A stretch of DNA of 11,533 nt from Candidatus Geohabitans tengchongensis. Lineage in GTDB: Bacteria; Sysuimicrobiota; Sysuimicrobiia; Sysuimicrobiales; Humicultoraceae. Positions 6,885-11,533 of this stretch are shown in pieces (position 1 is the stretch's first letter; each line of letters begins with the position of its first letter). The notes beneath the pieces are model-generated. The model ran no database searches and was not told the DNA's origin. It saw only the letters and a list, made by a program, of their open reading frames with translations. The stretch is taken from contig JAVKIH010000032.1 in the NCBI GenBank assembly GCA_031459625.1, positions 17,750 to 29,282 on the forward strand, given 5' to 3'. The position numbers were made by a program, and so were the translations under genes.

Positions 6885-7699
6885 CCGTCGCCGACCTCCT
6901 CGCCGCGCTGCGGTCGCTGCAGGTGGTCGACCTGGAGCACCCCCGGCGCTTCGGGGACCCCGTCTTCCCGCCCCACCGCCCGGGAATGGTCTTCACCCTG
7001 CACCGCCGCCACGAGCCCGGGCTCGGGGAGCGCCGCACCAGCGCCGCCGGGATGCTCTACGCGGCGGAGCACGCCGGTACCCACATCGACGCCTTCGTCC
7101 ACCAGGCCTGGGACCTGACGCTCCACGGCGGGGTGCGCGTCACGCCCGAGGTACAGACGCCGCAGGGCTTCACCCGCCTGGGCGCAGACACCATCCCGCC
7201 CATCGTGGCCCGCGGCGTGCTGGTCGACCTGGCGGCGCAGCGCGGCGGACCTCTGCCGCTGCGCACGCTGGTGGGCGCGGCCGAGGTGGCTGCGGCCGCG
7301 GCGGCGCAGGGGGTGCGGATCGGTGCCGGGGACGTGGTCCTGGTGCGCACCGGCAACGACACGCGCTGGGCCGACCCGGAGCGCTACCTGGAGGGACCGG
7401 GGATGGGCGCGGACGTCTCCGCCTGGCTCGCCGACCAGGAGGTCCTCGCCGTCGGCGCCGACAACGTGGCCTGGGATCTGCCCGGCCACGTGGACGAGGC
7501 GGTGGGCAGCTCACTGCCGGGCCACGTGGTGCTGCTGGTGCAGCGGGGCGTGTACATCATCGAGAACCTCAACCTGGCGCCGCTCGCGGCCTGCGGCGCG
7601 CGGGAGTTCCTCTTCCTCTGCCTGCCGCTGAAAGTCTGGGGCGGGACGGCGAGTCCGGTGCGTCCCGTCGCCCTGGTCCTGCAACCACCCCAGGCGTGA
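6881..7699 (+). CDS. Cyclase-family (kynurenine formamidase/isatin hydrolase-like) metal-dependent hydrolase, 272 aa
   Basis: VVDLEH, HAGTHIDA (HxGTHxD), GVLVDL, GDVVLVRTG, VGADN, H..LL...GVYIIENL, GGTASPVRPVA. Weak SD GGAG at 6868-6871. Confidence 0.9.
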   Translation: MTVADLLAALRSLQVVDLEHPRRFGDPVFPPHRPGMVFTLHRRHEPGLGERRTSAAGMLYAAEHAGTHIDAFVHQAWDLTLHGGVRVTPEVQTPQGFTRLGADTIPPIVARGVLVDLAAQRGGPLPLRTLVGAAEVAAAAAAQGVRIGAGDVVLVRTGNDTRWADPERYLEGPGMGADVSAWLADQEVLAVGADNVAWDLPGHVDEAVGSSLPGHVVLLVQRGVYIIENLNLAPLAACGAREFLFLCLPLKVWGGTASPVRPVALVLQPPQA

Positions 7700-7713
7700 G
7701 CGTGTGGCCGCGG

Positions 7714-7782
7714 GTGACCTCCCTCGCGTGGCGACCGTGACCGCGTCCCCGTGGCAGGTGTGACGGCGTCCCAAGTGGGAGG
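7714..7782 (+). repeat. Three degenerate 23-bp tandem units, each beginning GTGAC, between the cyclase gene and livG
   Basis: GTGACCTCCCTCGCGTGGCGACC (7714), GTGACCGCGTCCCCGTGGCAGGT (7737), GTGACGGCGTCCCAAGTGGGAGG (7760). Confidence 0.6.
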
Positions 7783-8545
7783 CGTACCCGCCTCCCGTCC
7801 CCTCCTCGAGGTGGTGGACCTCTGGAAGGCCTTCGGCGGCCTCGTCGCCGTCCGCGGCGTGACCTTTCAGGTGGCGCCCGGCGAGATCCTGGGGCTGCTC
7901 GGCCCCAACGGGTCGGGGAAGACCACCGTCTTCAACCTGATCGCCGGCGCGCTCCAGCCCTGGCGGGGCCGGGTGCTCCTCGACGGGCAGGAGATCACCG
8001 GGCTGCGCGCCAGCGCGCGCACGCGGCTCGGCATTGGGCGTACCTTCCAGCTCGTGCGCGCCTTCGGGCACCTCAGCGCCCTGGAGAACGTCCTGGTGGC
8101 GCGCCTCTACGGCGCCGACCGGCCGGCCACGCTCCCTGCGGCGGCGCAGGAGGCGCGGGAGCTGCTGGCGCTGGTGGGCCTGCGCGACCGCGCCGACCAG
8201 CCGGCCGGGCTGCTCAACCTGGGGCAACGGAAGCGGCTGGAGCTGGCGCGGGCCCTTGCCGGGCGGCCCCGCCTGCTCCTACTCGACGAGCCCCTGGCCG
8301 GCCTCAACCCCACGGAGGTGCAGGAGGCCCTGACGTTGCTGCGGCGCCTGCGGCGGGAGGGGATGACGATCCTCATCGTCGAGCACAACCTGCTGGCGGT
8401 GCGCTCCCTGTGCGACCGGGCCGTGGTGCTGAACTCGGGCGAGGTCATCGCCGCGGGACATCCCCAGGCCGTGCTGGAGGACCCCCAGGTGGTCGAGGTC
8501 TACCTGGGGCGGCGGGACCAGCTGAGGCAGCGAGGCCCGGCGTGA
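7760..8545 (+). CDS. livG: HAAT/Liv-family ABC transporter ATP-binding protein (LivG-like)
   Basis: LLEV.DL.KAFGGLVAV, Walker A GPNGSGKTT, RTFQ, LNLGQRKRLELARAL, Walker B LLLLDEP, IVEH, terminal EVYLG. Start uncertain (GTG 7751, 7760 or 7775). Substrate may be aromatic rather than a branched-chain amino acid. Confidence 0.88.
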   Translation: MTASQVGGVPASRPLLEVVDLWKAFGGLVAVRGVTFQVAPGEILGLLGPNGSGKTTVFNLIAGALQPWRGRVLLDGQEITGLRASARTRLGIGRTFQLVRAFGHLSALENVLVARLYGADRPATLPAAAQEARELLALVGLRDRADQPAGLLNLGQRKRLELARALAGRPRLLLLDEPLAGLNPTEVQEALTLLRRLRREGMTILIVEHNLLAVRSLCDRAVVLNSGEVIAAGHPQAVLEDPQVVEVYLGRRDQLRQRGPA

Positions 8546-9411
8546 CCATCCTCCTGCAGAACCTCATGTTCGGTCTGCTCATCGGCGGGCTGTACGGCCT
8601 GGCGGCAGTCGGCCTCTCGCTGGTCTTCGGCGTGTTGCGCGTGCTGAACGTCGCCCACGGCGACCTGATCATGCTCGGCGGGTACGCCACCTTCTGGCTC
8701 TTCGCCTGGTGGGGGATCGACCCGTTCCTGGCCGCCGTGGTGAGCGCGCTCCTCCTCTTCGGCGTGGGCGTGGTGCTCTACCAGGGCGCCTTCCGCCCCC
8801 TGGCCGCCTTCCACGAGGAGGCGCGGGTCAAGACCTCCATCCTGGTCGGGTTCGGCCTGGCGCTGGCGCTGCACAGCGCCGCCATCCTGGCCTGGGAGGC
8901 GGACGAGCGCGCGGTGACCGCCTACGCCGGCCAGGTCCTGCCGGTGGGTCCGGTGGTCGTCCCGCTGGCCCGCCTGGGAGGGTTCGTCGCGGCGGTGGTG
9001 ACGCTGGGCGGGCTGCACCTCTTCCTCACCCGCACCCGCACGGGACGGGCCATCCGCGCCACCGCGGAGGACCGCGAGGCGGCGATGCTGATGGGGGTGC
9101 CGGTGGGGCGCATCTTCGTGGTGGCCTTCGGGCTGGGCAGTGCCCTCGCCGGCGTGGCCGGCAGCCTGGTCACCCTGGCCGACGCCATCAGCCCGGCCAT
9201 CGGGTTGTTCTGGACGCTCAAGGCCCTCATCGTCGTCGTGCTGGGCGGGATGGGGCACATCCTGGGGACTTTCGTGGCCGGGCTCTTCCTGGGCGTGGCC
9301 GAGGCCCTGAGCGGCTTCCTCGCCGGGAACGTCTACCGCGAGGTGGTGGGCCTCGTCCTCTTCCTGCTGGTGCTCACGCTGCGCCCCGAGGGGCTCTTCG
9401 CCCGCCGGTGA
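8542..9411 (+). CDS. livH: HAAT/Liv-family ABC transporter permease (LivH-like, 289 aa)
   Basis: GLLIGGLYGLAAVGLSLVFGVLRVLNVAHGDLIMLGGY, RTRTGRAIRATAED..AA.LMG, KALIVVVLGGMG, LRPEGLF. GTG 8542 overlaps the livG stop (GTGA). Confidence 0.92.
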   Translation: MTILLQNLMFGLLIGGLYGLAAVGLSLVFGVLRVLNVAHGDLIMLGGYATFWLFAWWGIDPFLAAVVSALLLFGVGVVLYQGAFRPLAAFHEEARVKTSILVGFGLALALHSAAILAWEADERAVTAYAGQVLPVGPVVVPLARLGGFVAAVVTLGGLHLFLTRTRTGRAIRATAEDREAAMLMGVPVGRIFVVAFGLGSALAGVAGSLVTLADAISPAIGLFWTLKALIVVVLGGMGHILGTFVAGLFLGVAEALSGFLAGNVYREVVGLVLFLLVLTLRPEGLFARR

Positions 9412-10373
9412 GCTCCGCTCCCTCCCGCGCGTCCGTCCTGGCCGTCCTGGCGCTCCTCGCCGCGCTGGCCGCCCTGCCCCTCGTGGCCCCGCCGGCCGTG
9501 CAGACCTGGAGCTTCCTCGTCCTCCTCTACGGGGCGCTGGCGCAGTCGTGGAACCTGGTGGGCGGGTTCGCCGGCCAGGTGAACCTGGGGCACGCCGCCT
9601 TCTTTGGGCTGGGAGCGCTGGTCACGCGCTTCCTCTGGCTGGCCGGGCACCCGCTGCCCGCCGCCCTGGCCGCGGGGATCGCCACCGCCGCTGCCGCCGC
9701 GCTGCTGGTGGGGCCGCCGTCCCTGCGGTTGCGCGGCCCCTACTTCGCCATCGGCACGCTGGCCGTGGCCGAGATCCTGCGCATCACCACCGCCAGCCTC
9801 CTCCCCGAGGTCTCGCCTCTGCCGGCGGTGGCGCTCGCCACCTATGCGGTCCGTCCCCGCTACCTGCTGGCGCTCGCCCTGGTGGTCGCGGTGGCGGGGG
9901 CGGCCCGGTGGCTCAGCCGGTCCCGCTTCGGCTATGCGCTCGCGGCGGTGCGCGAGGACGAGGAGGTGGCGGAGGCGGTGGGCGTGGACGCCTTCCGCGC
10001 CAAGCTGGCGGCGCTCGTGCTCAGCAGTGCGGGCGCCGGCGCCGCCGGGGGGCTCTTCGGCTACTACCACCTCAGCTTCTACCCGCAGTTCGTCTTCAGC
10101 CCGGTGTGGACGTTCGACGCCCTGCTCATCACCTTTCTCGGTGGGGTGGGCACGGTCTGGGGGCCGCTCGTGGGGGCGGCCTTCTTCCTCCTCCTGCGCG
10201 AGGCCCTGGCCCTGCAGCTGCTCGAGCTCCACCTGCTGCTCTTCGGGGTGATCTTCGTGCTGGTCGTCCTCCTCTTCCCCGGCGGGTTCATGGAGGCGGT
10301 GGGACAGCTCCACCGCCGGCGCGGCAGGAAGGCCTGGGACACCGTCGAAAGCGCCACTACGCTGCCGCGGTGA
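9408..10373 (+). CDS. livM: HAAT/Liv-family ABC transporter permease (LivM-like, 321 aa)
   Basis: AQSWNLVGGFAGQVNLGHAAFFGLG, LRLRGPYFAIGTLAVAEI, SRFGYALAAVREDEEVAEAVG, LGGVGTVWGP, LFPGG. GTG 9408 overlaps the livH stop. Confidence 0.92.
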   Translation: MSSAPSRASVLAVLALLAALAALPLVAPPAVQTWSFLVLLYGALAQSWNLVGGFAGQVNLGHAAFFGLGALVTRFLWLAGHPLPAALAAGIATAAAAALLVGPPSLRLRGPYFAIGTLAVAEILRITTASLLPEVSPLPAVALATYAVRPRYLLALALVVAVAGAARWLSRSRFGYALAAVREDEEVAEAVGVDAFRAKLAALVLSSAGAGAAGGLFGYYHLSFYPQFVFSPVWTFDALLITFLGGVGTVWGPLVGAAFFLLLREALALQLLELHLLLFGVIFVLVVLLFPGGFMEAVGQLHRRRGRKAWDTVESATTLPR

Positions 10374-11261
10374 CGGCGTCCGGCCGGCCGCGCAGGGCCA
10401 CCTCCGTTGTCTGCGCCGCCCGGGGGAACGCGGTGTGCGACGGGGCCCGGGGATGGGGAGGGGCGTTGAGCGGGACCCCGACGGTGGACCCTGGGAGGCG
10501 CAGCAAGGCAGCCGGGAGGTTCCCTGCCGCCCGTTCGCCGGCTGCCTTCCTCCCGACGGCCCGCCTCGTCATGACAGGGTGCACCGCACCCCGTCGGGAA
10601 GCGGCCGGCCTGTCGGTGCGGGTCGGCCTTCTCCTCCCCCTGCGCAGCGGGGTGGCCGCCTCGGCCCGTGTCGCCGCCGAGGGGGCGCAGCTGGCCGTCG
10701 ACGAGGTCAACCGCGAGGGCGGTGTGCGCGGGCGGCGGGTACGCCTCGCCGTGGAGGACGACCAGAGAGTGCCGGAAGAGGCGGTCCGTCTGGTGGCGGC
10801 GCTGGTCGGGCAGGAAGCGGTCGGCATCGTCGGTCCTCTCACCGACCCGACCACCATCGCCGCCGCGGGCGCCGCCACCCGCTTCCGCATCGTCCTGATC
10901 TCCCCGGGCGCCATCGAGGTCCTGCCCTATGGGGGGCACTACGTCTTCCGGACGGCGATCTCGGCCCGGGCCCAGGGGGCCGCGGTGGCCGCCTTCGTCG
11001 CCGATCGGCTGCGCGTGCCGCGGGTCGCGGTCGTGCACGACAGCAGCGAGTACGGGACTGCGGTGGCCATGGCCTTCGAGGAGGACTGACGGCGGTGCGG
11101 CCGGCCGGCACCGACCGCGGGAGGTGCGGGACGCCGTGGCCGGGACCCGCCGGTTCCAGGGGGTGACGGGGGAGCTGGCCTTTGACCGGTGGGGGGACGT
11201 GGCGCGCCGGGTGACGGTCACGCTGGTGCGCGGCGGGGTCTTCGTCACCCGCGAGCCGTAG
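10370..11261 (+). pseudogene. Disrupted LivK/LivJ-type ABC substrate-binding lipoprotein
   Basis: N-terminal part (lipobox-like LVMTGC, VRVGLLLPL, AQLAVDEVNREGGVRGRRVRLAVEDDQ, VFRT, VAVVHDSSEYG...AFEE) stops at 11087-11089. The family C-terminus follows at once in two other frames: LTAVRPAGTDR, then EVRDAVAGTRRFQGVTGELAFDRWGD...TAG 11259-11261. The middle of the protein is missing. The 5' boundary is uncertain: the frame is open from GTG 10370, but recognisable similarity begins near 10520. Confidence 0.85.
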
Positions 11262-11347
11262 GGCCGGGTGGCGGGAAGGGCAGGGATGTCGCAACACCCG
11301 CGCGGAGGCGTCGCAGGACCCCCGCGGACAGAGGAGGAGAGACACGT

Positions 11348-11533
11348 ATGCGCACCGTCATGCTGATCGTGCTCATCGGTATCGTCCTGAGTGCGGGCGC
11401 CGTCCAGGCGCAGCCCCGCACCTTCATCGCCGTCGCCACCGGCGGGACGGCCGGGGTCTACTTCCCGCTGGGCGCGGCGCTGGCCGAGATCTGGTCGAGC
11501 CGCGTGCCGGGGGTGCAGGCCACGGCGCAGACC
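11348..11533 (+). CDS. TAXI-family TRAP transporter solute-binding protein (5' part only)
   Basis: MRTVMLIVLIGIVLSAGAVQA/QPRTFIAVATGGTAGVYFPLGAALAEIWSSRVPGVQATAQT: a Sec signal peptide followed by the TAXI motif ATGGTxGVYxPxG. Strong SD AGAGGAGGAG at 11330-11339. Runs off the window and is absent from the ORF track. Confidence 0.9.
   Translation, partial: MRTVMLIVLIGIVLSAGAVQAQPRTFIAVATGGTAGVYFPLGAALAEIWSSRVPGVQATAQT

Noticed and set aside
7777..7796. 8-bp hairpin considered as an intrinsic terminator
   Set aside because: No U-tract on either strand, and it lies inside the probable livG 5' coding region.
8709..11089. ORF-track starts at 8709 (554 aa) and 9548 (513 aa), and 8410 for livH
   Set aside because: The N-terminal parts are off-frame overlaps of upstream genes. 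GTGA-coupled starts at 8542 and 9408 match the family N-termini.
11080..11125. Programmed frameshift or stop readthrough restoring the binding protein
   Set aside because: No slippery heptamer is visible, two separate shifts would be needed, and a large internal segment is missing anyway.
1..11533. Mobile elements, tRNA/rRNA genes, defence systems
   Set aside because: No transposase or integrase motifs, terminal inverted repeats, RNA-gene signatures or low-GC island were seen.

Overview
Very GC-rich bacterial DNA (roughly three-quarters G+C by eye) carrying a 4-hydroxybenzoate/protocatechuate catabolic locus. On the minus strand, pobA (4-hydroxybenzoate 3-hydroxylase; ATG at 1060, runs off the left edge, absent from the ORF track) is divergent from a long, tightly coupled plus-strand operon. 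Its order is: class II aldolase/adducin-family protein, pcaC, pcaH, pcaG, pcaI, pcaJ (GctAB/CatIJ-type CoA transferase), pcaB, cyclase/KynB-family metallohydrolase, livG-, livH- and livM-like ABC components, a decayed LivK-type binding protein (internal deletion plus frameshifts), and the 5' end of a TAXI-TRAP binding protein (also absent from the ORF track). Unusual points: (1) pcaD, pcaF, livF and a regulator are absent from the window, while two non-canonical enzymes are embedded in the operon, the cyclase sitting where pcaD usually sits. (2) Three consecutive gene gaps are bridged exactly by tiny ORFs that overlap the flanking stop and start codons (RTGA), two of them at the usual pcaF and pcaD positions. 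(3) Smaller features are short tandem repeats, a possible anti-SD switch and two G-quadruplex motifs. All functional assignments come from motif recognition by eye; no database searches were run.
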